64,000 nucleotides of DNA. Origin: Acidimicrobiaceae bacterium. GTDB lineage: Bacteria > Actinomycetota > Acidimicrobiia > Acidimicrobiales > Ilumatobacteraceae. The DNA lies in the NCBI GenBank assembly GCA_024641005.1, contig JAHEDX010000010.1:9212-73211 (forward strand). Direction: 5' to 3'. The position numbers and the translations under genes are program-made. Below are positions 29,201 to 38,953 of the stretch, in pieces. Numbering within the stretch: position 1 is the first letter of the stretch; every line of letters starts with the position of its first letter. Below the pieces are notes generated by a model that had not been told where the DNA came from, did no database searches, and saw nothing but the letters and a program-made list of their open reading frames with translations.

Positions 29201-30711
29201 ACGCGATCCCACACGATGCGAGGCCGCAGCTCGGAGAACTCGGCGCTCGGGTACCGGCCGGCGAGCAGGTCGAGCACGTTCGCCAGCAGCTCGTCGGTGA
29301 GATCGTGGAAGTTGGCACTGCGCCTGACGAGCGCTGCCAGTTCTGACACCGCGACGTCACCGGTCGCGGAGGTGTGAGCCACGATCTGCTGGGCCAACAC
29401 ATCGAGTGGGTTGCGCATGTAGCGCGAGTGTTCGATCTCGCCGTCGAGCATGCGCCGCACCACCACCGCCGCCTCGATCAAGTCTGCACGATGCTTGGGA
29501 AAAATCGAGCCCTTGCTGGGCTCGCCGACGCTGTGACCTGCGCGTCCGATTCGTTGGAGACCACGACTGACCGCTCCGGGCGATTCGACCTGGACGACCA
29601 GATCGACGGCCCCCATGTCGATGCCGAGTTCGAGCGACGACGTCGCGACGATCGCCCGCAGGACACCTCGCTTGAGCTGGTCTTCGATCACCACCCGTTG
29701 CTCTCGGGCGAGCGAACCGTGATGGGCTTTGACGAGGTCGTCGGTCATCCGACCGGTATCGGGGTCGACCCCGATGCCTTGCTGCTCGGCCAGCTCGTTG
29801 AGCTTCGCGGCCAACCGTTCGGCCGCACGCCTGGCGTTGCAGAAGATGATCGTCGATCGGTGGGCCAGAACCAGCTCGAGTACCCGTGGATAGATACTGG
29901 GCCAGATGCTGGATCGGCGCTCGCCGCTGTCGGGCTGCCCGAACGGAACCGAGTCGTCGCCCGGCGAACCCATGTCTTCGACGGGAACGACGACGTCGAC
30001 CTCGAGTTGCTTGCTGACACCGGTGTCGACGATGCGAACCGGGCGCGGTGTCGCGGCATCGAGATGACCACCGAGGAACCGTGCGGTCTCTTCGAGCGGC
30101 CGCTGGGTGGCCGACAGACCGATCCGCTGCGGCGGGTTGTCGGTGACCTCTTCGAGTCGTTCGAGCGACAGCGCGAGATGGGCCCCGCGTTTGGTGGTCG
30201 CCATGGCATGGATCTCGTCGATGATGACCGTCTCGACCCCCCGCAGGGTCTCGCGTGCCGACGAGGTGAGCATCAGGTACAAGGACTCGGGCGTCGTGAT
30301 CAGCAGGTCGGGTGGCCGACGGATCAGCTTTTGGCGCTCGTTGGACGGGGTGTCCCCGGTGCGCATCGCTACCTCGGGGCCGGTGAACTGCTCGCCGATG
30401 CGCTCGGCCGCCAGCCCGATGCCGATCAGCGGTGCGCGCAAGTTCTTTTCGATGTCGAACGCCAGCGCCCTGAGTGGCGAGATGTAGAGCACGCGGGTGC
30501 GACGGGTGCGGTCATCGGGTCGAGGCGAGGTGACCAGCCGGTCGATGGAAGCGAGGAACGCCGTCAGCGTCTTGCCCGACCCGGTCGGCGCGCAGATCAG
30601 CGTGTTCTCGCCCCCGGCGATGTGCGGCCAGCCCTGGATCTGCGGAGGTGTCGGCTCGGGGAACGAGGACGCGAACCACTCACGAACGGCCGGCGAGAAC
30701 GCCGCGAGCAC
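26239..30711 (-). CDS. lhr: Lhr-family large ATP-dependent helicase
   Basis: 1490 aa. Motif I APTGSGKT, DEIH box (IIDEIHAM), and the long Lhr-type C-terminal extension. Confidence 0.9.
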   Translation of the reverse strand: MLAAFSPAVREWFASSFPEPTPPQIQGWPHIAGGENTLICAPTGSGKTLTAFLASIDRLVTSPRPDDRTRRTRVLYISPLRALAFDIEKNLRAPLIGIGLAAERIGEQFTGPEVAMRTGDTPSNERQKLIRRPPDLLITTPESLYLMLTSSARETLRGVETVIIDEIHAMATTKRGAHLALSLERLEEVTDNPPQRIGLSATQRPLEETARFLGGHLDAATPRPVRIVDTGVSKQLEVDVVVPVEDMGSPGDDSVPFGQPDSGERRSSIWPSIYPRVLELVLAHRSTIIFCNARRAAERLAAKLNELAEQQGIGVDPDTGRMTDDLVKAHHGSLAREQRVVIEDQLKRGVLRAIVATSSLELGIDMGAVDLVVQVESPGAVSRGLQRIGRAGHSVGEPSKGSIFPKHRADLIEAAVVVRRMLDGEIEHSRYMRNPLDVLAQQIVAHTSATGDVAVSELAALVRRSANFHDLTDELLANVLDLLAGRYPSAEFSELRPRIVWDRVNDVIRARDGSKRLAVTSGGTIPDRGLFGVFLPDGTRVGELDEEMVYESRPGETFLLGASTWRIEDISFERVTVTPAPGQPGKMPFWHGDRPGRPLELGRALGAFVREIHALPVDQATERLRDHYSLDDFAAGNVVQYLTEQAEATGVVPDDRTIVVERFRDEIGDWRVCVLSPFGTPVHAPWAMAIERRLIERYDLPVETMWGDDGIVIRLPESADALDLDVFVIDPADIDELVVAALPQTSLFSARFRECAGRALLLPRRRPDQRTPLWQQRQRAADLLAVASKYPTFPILLETSRECLQDVFDVPALREVLAQLQSRHLRLVQVDTATSSPMASSLLFNWIAQYMYEGDAPLAERRAAALSLDRDLLHDLLGAEELRELLDPGVLADVELELQCLADGRRARSADELHDVLRKVGDLTAAEIDVRCEHASGSDWLATLISERRAIEIGVADQVRFVAAQDAARYRDALGCSLPLGLPMAFTDPVARPLEELVGRFARTHGPFLAVDVARRFGAPVERIEGAIAALGSDDRVVLGEFRPDGVQREWCDVDVLRQLRRRSLAVLRKEVEPVEQDALARFMPSWHGIPAERRGADSLVEALGMLAGAPIVASTLESDVLPSRVAAYRAASLDELCTSGEVVWVGVGAIGGRDGRIRLCFADQLAMLAPGWERPEPPDEALHHAVRAHLSARGASFWGQLREAAPDATDTELLVALWDLVWAGEVTNDSLAPLRALLAGGGVVPKRASRRSGARPRPGRLTRLGPPAAAGRWSLVRPLLEPVPTLTEAAHAQALQLLERYGVVTRETVLAEGVLGGYASVYGVMKVLEERGSVRRGYFVAGLGAAQFALPGAVDRLRSERDAIDAEISPDRVPAAIVLAATDPAQPFGATLAWPTTAGRPARSASALVVMHQGAALVWFDRRAHHLVMFPAGADDLSWASALAELVRGGRERTVEVRKVDGGAIPDEVAGALRSVGFADGYRGVVLRR

Positions 30712-30827
30712 CGGATGATCAGCGATAGCGCGAGGCTACCGATGGGGTGTGGCGCCCATGGTCCCGGCAGCGGCACCCCATGTGGCGACTGCGCCGACGG
30801 TGGGACCGGAACGGTGTCGTGGTGCGA

Positions 30828-32474
30828 TCACACGAACGCGTCGGAGACGATCGTGCCGCTGTCGAGACGGATCATGCGGGAGATGCGCACGTGGTCGAGC
30901 AGCTCGCGGTCGTGGGTGACGAGCAGAACGGTGCCCGCAAAGGTGTCGAGGGCCTGCTCGAGCTGTTCGATCGCCGGCAGATCCAGATGATTGGTCGGCT
31001 CGTCGAGCACCAGCAGATTCGCGCCGTTCGCCATCAACAACGCCAGCGAAGCACGGGTGCGCTCGCCCGGTGACAGTGATGCGGTCGGCCTCTCGACGTG
31101 CGGTCCGACCAGGCCGAACTTCGCCAGCAGGGTTCGGGCATCGGCGGTCTGCATGCCCGTGCCGTCCATGAACGCCCGCAGCAGGGTCGCGGCTCCGCTG
31201 AGCTGGGCCCGGACCTGTTCGATCTCGCCGATCACGACGCCGGAACCGAGACGAGCGGAACCGGCGGAGGGTTGCGTCCGCTCGAGCAGCAGATCGATCA
31301 GGGTCGTCTTGCCCGCGCCGTTGTGGCCGAGCAACGCGATCCGCTCGCCGTAACCGACGAGCAGATCGATCGGCCCGAGCCGGAACGCCCCACGATCGAC
31401 CACTGCGCCGGTGAGGCGGCTGACGACGTCGCCACTTCGGGGCGCGTCGGGGACATCGAGTCTGAGCTCCCACGACTCGCGAGGCTTGTCGACATGTTGC
31501 AGACGATCGATCGCGCGCTGGGTCTGGGCCGCCTTGCCGGCCAGCTGCTCGGTCTGGTTCTTGCGGAACTGCCTGACGTTCTTGTCGGGCTCGTCTCCCT
31601 GGGATCGCTTCACCTTGGCAAGGCCCTGGGTGGCCCACTCACGTTGCTGCTGGCTTCTGGAAGCGAGCGACCGACGTTTGGCATCGAACTCGTCGTACTG
31701 CTCCCAAGCGTGTTGGCGAGCGAGCTTGCGCTCTGCCAGATATGCCTGCCAGCCACCACCGAACAAGGTCAGACGATGAGAGAATTCGTCGATCTCTGCA
31801 ACGCCGGTGATGACGCGATCGAGGAATCGCCGATCATGGCTGACCAGGAGTGTCGCCGCATCGACACCGAGCAACCACTCTTCGAGACGACTCAAGCCGT
31901 CGAGATCGAGATCGTTGGTGGGTTCATCGAGCAGGTACACGTCGAACTGTGACAGCAGCAGCGCCGCCAAACCCGATCGAGCGGCCTCGCCGCCCGACAG
32001 GGTCGCCGTGGGTTGGCCGAGCAGTCGCTCGGTCATTCCGAGCTGATCTGCGACGACCGCGATCCGGGCGTCGAGATCGGCGGCCCCCAGCGACAACCAG
32101 CGCTGTAGTGCGATGTCGTACCGGTCGCTCGCGCCCCGTTGACCGGATGCGAGCGCCGTCGCCGCAGCATCGAGCTCGTGCTGGGCGGCGCTGACACCGG
32201 TGCGGCGGTACAACAGATCCCGAACGCATTCGTCCGACCGGTCCGGTTCCTGATGCAGCCAGCCGATCGTCGCTATGGACGGGGCCAGCCGGATTTCGCC
32301 GGTCTCGAGGGGCACCTCACCGGCGCATGCAGCCAACAGGGTCGATTTGCCGACGCCGTTCGGGCCCACGACCCCGATCCGGTGTCGTGGGGCGACGACG
32401 AGATCCACGTGATCGAGCACAGGACGGGCGCCGCGTACCACCGTGAGGTCGGCGACGGTCAGGGTTGCTGGCAT
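30828..32474 (-). CDS. ABC-F family ATPase (two ABC cassettes, no TM domain)
   Basis: Walker A GPNGVGKST and GHNGAGKTT. Signatures LSGGEAARSGLA and LSPGERTRASLA. A K/R/Q-rich interdomain linker of about 85 aa. ATG 32474 is preferred over TTG 32489. Confidence 0.85.
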   Translation of the reverse strand: MPATLTVADLTVVRGARPVLDHVDLVVAPRHRIGVVGPNGVGKSTLLAACAGEVPLETGEIRLAPSIATIGWLHQEPDRSDECVRDLLYRRTGVSAAQHELDAAATALASGQRGASDRYDIALQRWLSLGAADLDARIAVVADQLGMTERLLGQPTATLSGGEAARSGLAALLLSQFDVYLLDEPTNDLDLDGLSRLEEWLLGVDAATLLVSHDRRFLDRVITGVAEIDEFSHRLTLFGGGWQAYLAERKLARQHAWEQYDEFDAKRRSLASRSQQQREWATQGLAKVKRSQGDEPDKNVRQFRKNQTEQLAGKAAQTQRAIDRLQHVDKPRESWELRLDVPDAPRSGDVVSRLTGAVVDRGAFRLGPIDLLVGYGERIALLGHNGAGKTTLIDLLLERTQPSAGSARLGSGVVIGEIEQVRAQLSGAATLLRAFMDGTGMQTADARTLLAKFGLVGPHVERPTASLSPGERTRASLALLMANGANLLVLDEPTNHLDLPAIEQLEQALDTFAGTVLLVTHDRELLDHVRISRMIRLDSGTIVSDAFV

Positions 32475-32518
32475 GTGAGAGAACTCCAACGAGTGAGTGG
32501 ACGGCCGGTTCTCGTCAG

Positions 32519-34309
32519 ATGCGCATGAAACCAGTCAACCAGGTTGGTCGACCGATCGCCACCGGCCAGACTCGAAGGTCCGTCCGCGGAATCAACTCCG
32601 CCTCGCACACCCCTTTCGGCACCCCGACTCACCACCTCCCGAATCCATACGTCTTGAGCACCGTCACCCTCCGTCCCTGGCAGCGCGCCGCGTTCGATCA
32701 ATTTCGAGCCAGCGCCCACCCGGACTTCCTGGCCGTCGCAACGCCAGGAGCCGGCAAGACGACGTTCGCACTCACCTGTGCCCGCGCCACGTTGGCCGAA
32801 GAACGACGCCGGCTGATCGTCGTCGCACCCACCAGCCACCTGAAGGTGCAGTGGTCGCTGGCCGCCCACCGGCTGGGACTCCAGCTCGATCCCGATTGGG
32901 CGCCCGACCAAGGGTTGGCCAGAGACGTCCACGGACTCGTCACCACCTATCAGCAGGTCGCGATGGGCAAGTCAGCCGACAAGCTGCGCGGTCTGGCCGC
33001 GGACTCGATGGTGATCCTCGACGAGGTGCACCACGCCGGGCACGAGCGGGCGTGGGGCGACGGCATCCGGCAGGCGTTCGAACTGGCCGCCAAACGTTTG
33101 TCCCTGTCGGGCACACCGTTCCGCAGCGACAGCGCCAAGATCCCCTTCGTTCGCTACGACGTCACGGCAGAGGGAGACCTCGCTCACAGCGACTACACCT
33201 ACGGGTACTCCGACGCGCTGCGCGACGGCGGTGTCGTTCGCCCGGTCTACTTCCCTCGCGTCGACGGACAGATGGAGTGGAGCACACCCTCCGGCGACGT
33301 ACTGAGGGCGAGCTTCGGTGACGAGCTCACACGCGATCAGGAATCAGCCCGCCTCCGCACCGCACTCAGCCTGGACGGAGACTGGATTGCGACCGTGCTC
33401 GGTCAGGCCCACGACCGCCTCCGCCTGATCCGCCAGAGCCAGCCCGACGCAGGCGGGCTCGTGATCGCCATCGATCAAGAGCACGCCCAGGGCATCGCCC
33501 GGGTGCTCAGAAACCGGTTCGACACCCCTGCGGACGTCGTCGTCAGCGATGACCCCAGCGCTTCGAAGAAGATCGCCGAGTTCGCCACCAACGACCGGCC
33601 GTGGCTCGTCGCTGTCCGGATGGTCTCCGAGGGCGTCGACATCCCCCGGTTGCGGGTTGGCGTGTACGCCACCACTACGTCGACCGAGCTGTTCTTCCGC
33701 CAGGCGGTCGGCCGCTTCGTCCGTTGGCAGTCAGGCTCGCCCAGCCAGAAGGCGTATGTCTACGTACCCGACGACCCTCGCCTTCGACATCATGCCTTCC
33801 AGATCGCAGAGGCACGCCGGCACATCTTGCGACCGCCGTCCGACGACGACGAGTTCTCGCCCGACGCTGAACTCGATCGCCAGGTGAGCGACGACGATCT
33901 GTTCGAGCAACTCTCACTGTTCTCGGTCGTCTCGTCGACGGCGACCGGGGTGAAGTTCCACGCCGTCACCGAAGCCGGTGTGCAGATGTTCGACGACGAA
34001 CCGGATCCGGCGCAACCGGTGTTCGACGACGATCCGACACTCGCGATCGACCTGCCCGACATCCCGACGGATGCCGGTCTCGTCGCGTGGAGTTCGTTGA
34101 GCGTCGCCGAGAAGAAGGACGACCTGCGCACGCGCAATGCCGACGTCGCGAAGCGTCTCGTCGACATCACCGGCTGGGGCCACGCGCGAATCCAGGGCGA
34201 GATGAACCGGTTGGCCGGGGTCTCCAAAGTGTCCACCGCGACCGTCGAGCAGCTCGAGCGGCGCCTGCGCTACAGCGAGAGCTGGCTGCGCCGTCTCAAA
34301 CGGGGCTGA
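32519..34309 (+). CDS. Superfamily 2 DEAD/DEAH-box helicase (ResIII-like)
   Basis: Motif I TPGAGKTT, motif II LDEVHHAG, and motif VI QAVGRFVR. The start is approximate (ATG 32519 or 32525). Confidence 0.8.
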   Translation: MRMKPVNQVGRPIATGQTRRSVRGINSASHTPFGTPTHHLPNPYVLSTVTLRPWQRAAFDQFRASAHPDFLAVATPGAGKTTFALTCARATLAEERRRLIVVAPTSHLKVQWSLAAHRLGLQLDPDWAPDQGLARDVHGLVTTYQQVAMGKSADKLRGLAADSMVILDEVHHAGHERAWGDGIRQAFELAAKRLSLSGTPFRSDSAKIPFVRYDVTAEGDLAHSDYTYGYSDALRDGGVVRPVYFPRVDGQMEWSTPSGDVLRASFGDELTRDQESARLRTALSLDGDWIATVLGQAHDRLRLIRQSQPDAGGLVIAIDQEHAQGIARVLRNRFDTPADVVVSDDPSASKKIAEFATNDRPWLVAVRMVSEGVDIPRLRVGVYATTTSTELFFRQAVGRFVRWQSGSPSQKAYVYVPDDPRLRHHAFQIAEARRHILRPPSDDDEFSPDAELDRQVSDDDLFEQLSLFSVVSSTATGVKFHAVTEAGVQMFDDEPDPAQPVFDDDPTLAIDLPDIPTDAGLVAWSSLSVAEKKDDLRTRNADVAKRLVDITGWGHARIQGEMNRLAGVSKVSTATVEQLERRLRYSESWLRRLKRG

Positions 34310-34432
34310 CGGTCGACAGCGGCACGACATCGAATGGCGTGCCGGCGTGACACGTAGCGGCCTCCCGGTCGACGAGTCGGTCGATCGGACTTGGGTTGGC
34401 TTCACCGCTCTGACCGCCAGAATGGATCGCTC

Positions 34433-35536
34433 ATGGATCTGACCACGGTTGTGTTCTTCGTCTTCGGAGTCGCCGCGCTGGTGCTGGGTGCCGAGGCACT
34501 CGTGCGGGGCGCGGCACGCCTCGCCGCCCGCACCGGCCTGTCATCCGTCGTGATCGGACTCACCGTGGTGGCATTCGGCACCAGCGCCCCCGAGCTGGCT
34601 GTCAGCCTCGGCGCCGCGTTCCGTGACGAGGCCGACCTGGCCGTCGGCAACGTCGTCGGATCCAATATCGCCAACGTCTTGTTGGTGCTCGGGATCTCGG
34701 CCGTCGTCGGCGGCGGCCTGGTGGTCGCTCAACGGATCGTTCGGATCGACGTACCGATCATGTTCGGGGCGTCGCTGCTCGTGCTCGTGTTCGCCCTCGA
34801 CAACGAGCTGCAACGCTGGGAAGGCGCGGTCTTCGTGCTGCTGCTGGTGGTCTACGTGTCGTGGACCGTGTGGGCCGCGCGTCGATCGACGAAACCCGCG
34901 GACGCGATCGAATACGACGAGGCCCTCAGCGCAGAAAAGCTCAGAACGAGTTCGCCGACCGTCGACGTCGGCTTCGTGCTCGGTGGATTGGTGCTGCTCG
35001 TGCTCGGCTCGACCGCACTCGTCGAGGCCGCCACCGATATCGCCGCATCGCTCGGCGTGAGCGAACTCGTGATCGGCCTGACGGTCGTGGCGATCGGCAC
35101 GTCACTTCCCGAGATCGCGACCTCGGTGCTGGCTGCGGCCCGAGGGCAGCGCGACATGGCCGTCGGCAACGCGATCGGCTCGAACATCTTCAACATCCTC
35201 GCCGTGCTCGGCCTGACCGCAGTGATCTCGCCATCGTCGATTCCGATTCCCGACGGAGCGTTGACCCTCGACGTGCCGATCATGGTGGTCGTCGCCTTCG
35301 CCTGCCTGCCCATCTTCGCCAATGGCTACGCGCTGCTGCGATGGGAAGGCGCCGTGTTCCTCACCTACTACGCCGCGTACCTCGGTTGGCTCGTGCTGGA
35401 CAATGGTGACCACGCGCTCAAGAACGACTATGCGGTCGCCGTGGTCGGGTTCGTGCTGCCGTTGACGGTGATCACGCTCGCCATCATCGCCGTTCGACAG
35501 CGCCGATCCGCCCGCTCACTGGCCGTCGGCCGCTGA
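34433..35536 (+). CDS. Calcium/sodium (CaCA family) antiporter
   Basis: Two alpha-repeats (GTSAPELAVS and GTSLPEIATS) in a roughly 10-TM protein. ATG 34433. Confidence 0.85.
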   Translation: MDLTTVVFFVFGVAALVLGAEALVRGAARLAARTGLSSVVIGLTVVAFGTSAPELAVSLGAAFRDEADLAVGNVVGSNIANVLLVLGISAVVGGGLVVAQRIVRIDVPIMFGASLLVLVFALDNELQRWEGAVFVLLLVVYVSWTVWAARRSTKPADAIEYDEALSAEKLRTSSPTVDVGFVLGGLVLLVLGSTALVEAATDIAASLGVSELVIGLTVVAIGTSLPEIATSVLAAARGQRDMAVGNAIGSNIFNILAVLGLTAVISPSSIPIPDGALTLDVPIMVVVAFACLPIFANGYALLRWEGAVFLTYYAAYLGWLVLDNGDHALKNDYAVAVVGFVLPLTVITLAIIAVRQRRSARSLAVGR

Positions 35537-36283
35537 CGGAACGAGCGGCGCCGCCAGGGCTGCACCAGCGATTCCGGCGTCATTCGCCAGAGCGGCTACC
35601 ACGAGTTCGCAGCCCGGGTCGAGACGATCGACCCATTTGTCAGGGCGCTTGCTCGCTCCACCGCCGAGGATGATCAGCTCGGGCGAGAAGAGCGTCACCA
35701 GATGGCGCAGGTAATGATCGACGCGCTCGGCCCACTCGGCCCACCCGAGACCGTCGCGCCGGCGCACGCTCGCCGCCGCACGCTTCTCGGCGTCGTAGCC
35801 GTCGAGCTCGAGGTGCCCGAGTTCGGTGTTTGGCACCAGTACACCGTCGACGAACATGCCCGACCCGATGCCGGTACCGAACGTCAGGCAGATCACGATG
35901 CCATCGCGCCCCCTGCCGGCACCCCAGGTCATCTCGGCGAGTCCGGCCGCGTCGGCGTCGTTCAGCACGTTGACCGGCGCGCCGATCGTCTCGCGGAAGA
36001 TCTGTTCGGCGTCGACACCGATCCACGATTCGTCGATGTTCGCCGCGGTTCGGACCATCCCGTGCGTCACCACGGTCGGCATGCATACCCCGATCGGGCC
36101 CGCCCACCGATGCCGACGCACGAGATCCGCCACGACACCGGCGAGACGCTCGGGCGTCGAATCGCGCGGGGTGTCGATGCGGAGGCGGTCTCCGGCGAGT
36201 GCACCAGTTGCGAGATCGACGGGTGCAGCCTTCATGCCGGTCCCGCCGATGTCGACGCCGAACGAGATCCCGGCAGATTCCAT
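35516..36283 (-). CDS. ppgK: Polyphosphate/ATP glucokinase, ROK family
   Basis: FGVDIGGTGMKAAPVDL and LTFGTGIGSGMF are ROK/PpgK-type motifs. ATG 36283. The 3' end overlaps the antiporter 3' end by 21 nt (convergent genes). Confidence 0.8.
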   Translation of the reverse strand: MESAGISFGVDIGGTGMKAAPVDLATGALAGDRLRIDTPRDSTPERLAGVVADLVRRHRWAGPIGVCMPTVVTHGMVRTAANIDESWIGVDAEQIFRETIGAPVNVLNDADAAGLAEMTWGAGRGRDGIVICLTFGTGIGSGMFVDGVLVPNTELGHLELDGYDAEKRAAASVRRRDGLGWAEWAERVDHYLRHLVTLFSPELIILGGGASKRPDKWVDRLDPGCELVVAALANDAGIAGAALAAPLVPSAADGQ

Positions 36284-36362
36284 GGGTCCGAACGTAGACC
36301 AGCGAACGACCACGTCACCGGTTCGGCGAAGCGGGACCGCCGGCGACGAACTGACGCGACGG

Positions 36363-37586
36363 TCAACCCTTGGCGCGTGTCTTGCGCAACAGCGGATCGG
36401 CGATACCGAGTGTCTTGCCGGCGACGCGCATCGTGCGGCCCGCGGCCCCCGGCGTGTCGGCGTCGACGAGATTGCCCATCACCTGCAACGTGATCTTGGC
36501 GATCGCGTCGGTGCCGACGGCGAAGCGCAGGCCGGCGCGCATGAGACGCGGATGACCGATCAAGAACGCGAACCGACGCCCGGTCTGGAGGAAGTCGTCG
36601 AATCGTTCCCCGATCAAGCGGTCGTATTCGGCCGGCGCCGAGATCGGATCCTTCAGGAACAGGTCGGCCGCGAGCATGCCCGACTCGAGGCCGTAGTCGA
36701 TGCCCTCGCCGTTCATCGGATTCACGAGGCCGGCCGCGTCACCGATCGCGACCCAGCCAGGGCCGTGCCGTTTGACCGCGCTCATCGGTAGGCGCCAGGC
36801 GCGAGGCCGCTCGAGGTTGTCGCCGATGCCCCAGGAGTCCTTGACGAGGGCTCGGTACGAGTCGAGTAGACGGTTGAGATTCAGCGACTTGAACCCCTTC
36901 ATCGTGGACAACGCGCCGACCCCGATGTTGACGGTGCCGTCGCCGCACGGGAACATCCAGCCGTAGCCGGGCACCCAGGTGCCGTATTCGTCCTTGACGG
37001 TGAGGCAGGCCTCGATCAGGGCGTCGTCGTGGCGGGGGCTCTCGACGTAGGAACGGATAGCGAGGCCGTACGGCTCGTTCGGGTCCCGCTCGGCGCCGAG
37101 CATGCGCGCGACCTTGCCAGGCGCTCCCGTCGCTGCGACGACGAGCCCGGCGTCGATCGTGTCGGCACCGACGCGAATGCCCGACACGCTTCCGTCGACG
37201 GCGAACGCCGGCTCGCCCTCGACTCCGAACCGCACGTCGGCGCCCGCCTCGGCGGCCGCATCGATCAAGGCTGCGTCGAGTCGCCGACGCGGCCACACGG
37301 CGCCGTGGGCGGGGAAACGGTCACCGTTCGACCAGGGCAGTTCGCGCTCGCGCTTGCCGGCGATCATCCGCAGGCCGTCGACGCGATGAGCATCGTCGAG
37401 CGGGATCTCGAGTTCGTTGAGAGCCTGAACCGCTCGGGGCGTCAGGCCGTCGCCACAGATCTTGTCGCGGCCGTGTGAGCCTTTCTCGACCACCACGACC
37501 CGCGCTCCGGCACGTGCCGCACGGATCGCCGTGGCCGCGCCTGCCGGACCGCCACCGATCACCGCGATGTCGAACCGTTCACTCAT
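36363..37586 (-). CDS. Geranylgeranyl reductase family flavoprotein (MenJ-like)
   Basis: FAD motif IAVIGGGPAGAATA. GYGWMFPCGDGTVNIGVGALS and GDAAGLVNPMNGEGIDYGLESG resemble mycobacterial MenJ as I recall it. Confidence 0.8.
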   Translation of the reverse strand: MSERFDIAVIGGGPAGAATAIRAARAGARVVVVEKGSHGRDKICGDGLTPRAVQALNELEIPLDDAHRVDGLRMIAGKRERELPWSNGDRFPAHGAVWPRRRLDAALIDAAAEAGADVRFGVEGEPAFAVDGSVSGIRVGADTIDAGLVVAATGAPGKVARMLGAERDPNEPYGLAIRSYVESPRHDDALIEACLTVKDEYGTWVPGYGWMFPCGDGTVNIGVGALSTMKGFKSLNLNRLLDSYRALVKDSWGIGDNLERPRAWRLPMSAVKRHGPGWVAIGDAAGLVNPMNGEGIDYGLESGMLAADLFLKDPISAPAEYDRLIGERFDDFLQTGRRFAFLIGHPRLMRAGLRFAVGTDAIAKITLQVMGNLVDADTPGAAGRTMRVAGKTLGIADPLLRKTRAKG

Positions 37587-37611
37587 GACGCCATCGATTC
37601 AATCGCCGGAA

Positions 37612-37926
37612 TCAGCGGGTCGGCGAGCCGCTGGACTCGGGCGGTTCCTGCTCGGCGATGCGCTGATGATGGTGAATGACCTCGGCGACGATGAACCGGA
37701 GAAACTTTTCGGAGAACACCGGATCGAGCCCGGACTCCTCCGCCAACGCCCGCAATCGGGCGACCTGTCGGTCCTCCCGTTCGGGGTCGGCAGCGGGCAA
37801 CCCGGCCGCCGCCTTGTAGCGGCCGACATCCTGCGTGACCTTGAACCGCTCGGCGAGGAGATGCACGAGGGCGGCATCGATGTTGTCGATGCTCGATCGG
37901 TACTTGTCCAGCTGCTCGTCGGTCAT
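37612..37926 (-). CDS. Chorismate mutase (AroQ class)
   Basis: 104 aa. RSSIDNIDAALVHLLAERFKVTQDVGRYK is typical of the AroQ helical bundle. Confidence 0.85.
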   Translation of the reverse strand: MTDEQLDKYRSSIDNIDAALVHLLAERFKVTQDVGRYKAAAGLPAADPEREDRQVARLRALAEESGLDPVFSEKFLRFIVAEVIHHHQRIAEQEPPESSGSPTR

Positions 37927-37990
37927 GCACGTTGGACGCTACCGGATCGTCGGCACCGGCCGCTCGGGCAACGCAGGCTACGTTCGCCGT

Positions 37991-38923
37991 ATGAGCGACC
38001 TGCCACTGCTGTTCGTCGACCATCCGTTTCCCGATCTGTACCGGGACCTCGTCGACGGTCGTGCGATCGTGTGCGGCTCGGGGACCGACGACGGGCTCGA
38101 TCGTGCCGTTGCCGTCATCGCTGGGGCGACGCGACCTTGGAACACGGCGGCGTTCGCCCAGGCCCCGAACCTCAGGGTGATCTCGCGGGTCGGCGTGGGC
38201 TACGACAACGTCGAGGTCGCCGATGCCGCCGCTGCAGGTGTGACCGTGTGCAACACGCCGACCGCCCCCATGGTGTCGACCGCCGAACACACGATGGCGT
38301 TGCTGTTCGCGGTCACCAAACACCTGCCGCACCAGATCGAACGTGCACGACAAGGTCTGCGAGGCGAACCGGTCGGTCGATCCCTCGAATTGGATGGCCG
38401 GACGCTCGGTCTCGTCGGAATCGGCCGCATCGCATCGCGTGTTGCGCTCGCCGCCCAAGCACTGGGAATGCGGGTGATCGCCCACGACCCCGGAGTGGAC
38501 ACTTCGCCCGTTCCCGACGTCGAACTGGTCGACCTCGATCACCTGCTGGCCGGCTCCGACATCGTGTCGCTCCACGCCCCTGCGCTGCCCACGACGACCG
38601 GCATGATCAATGCCGACACGCTGGCGGCCATGAGGCCCGGTTCGTATCTGGTCAACTGCGCGCGCGGCGTGCTCGTCGATCACGCTGCACTCCTCGATGC
38701 GATCGACCGGGGCCATCTCGCCGGTGCCGGTCTCGACGTCACCGATCCCGAGCCGCTGCCGGCGGGCCACCCGCTGCTCGCCCGCTCGAACGTCGTGGTC
38801 ACCCCCCACATCGCGTCGGCCAGCGTCGCCGGCCGACGGCGCCTGTACGAGCACTCGATCGAGAACGCCCTCGCGGTGATCGACGGCCGACCGGCCAGCA
38901 TCGTCGCACCGCCGGCCACCTGA
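37991..38923 (+). CDS. D-isomer-specific 2-hydroxyacid dehydrogenase family protein
   Basis: NAD-binding motif GLVGIGRIASRVA and catalytic region VVVTPHIAS. ATG 37991. The ORF-track 5' extension was rejected. Confidence 0.85.
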   Translation: MSDLPLLFVDHPFPDLYRDLVDGRAIVCGSGTDDGLDRAVAVIAGATRPWNTAAFAQAPNLRVISRVGVGYDNVEVADAAAAGVTVCNTPTAPMVSTAEHTMALLFAVTKHLPHQIERARQGLRGEPVGRSLELDGRTLGLVGIGRIASRVALAAQALGMRVIAHDPGVDTSPVPDVELVDLDHLLAGSDIVSLHAPALPTTTGMINADTLAAMRPGSYLVNCARGVLVDHAALLDAIDRGHLAGAGLDVTDPEPLPAGHPLLARSNVVVTPHIASASVAGRRRLYEHSIENALAVIDGRPASIVAPPAT

Positions 38924-38953
38924 GACACCCCCCTTGCGTGGAAGACTCCGGGT

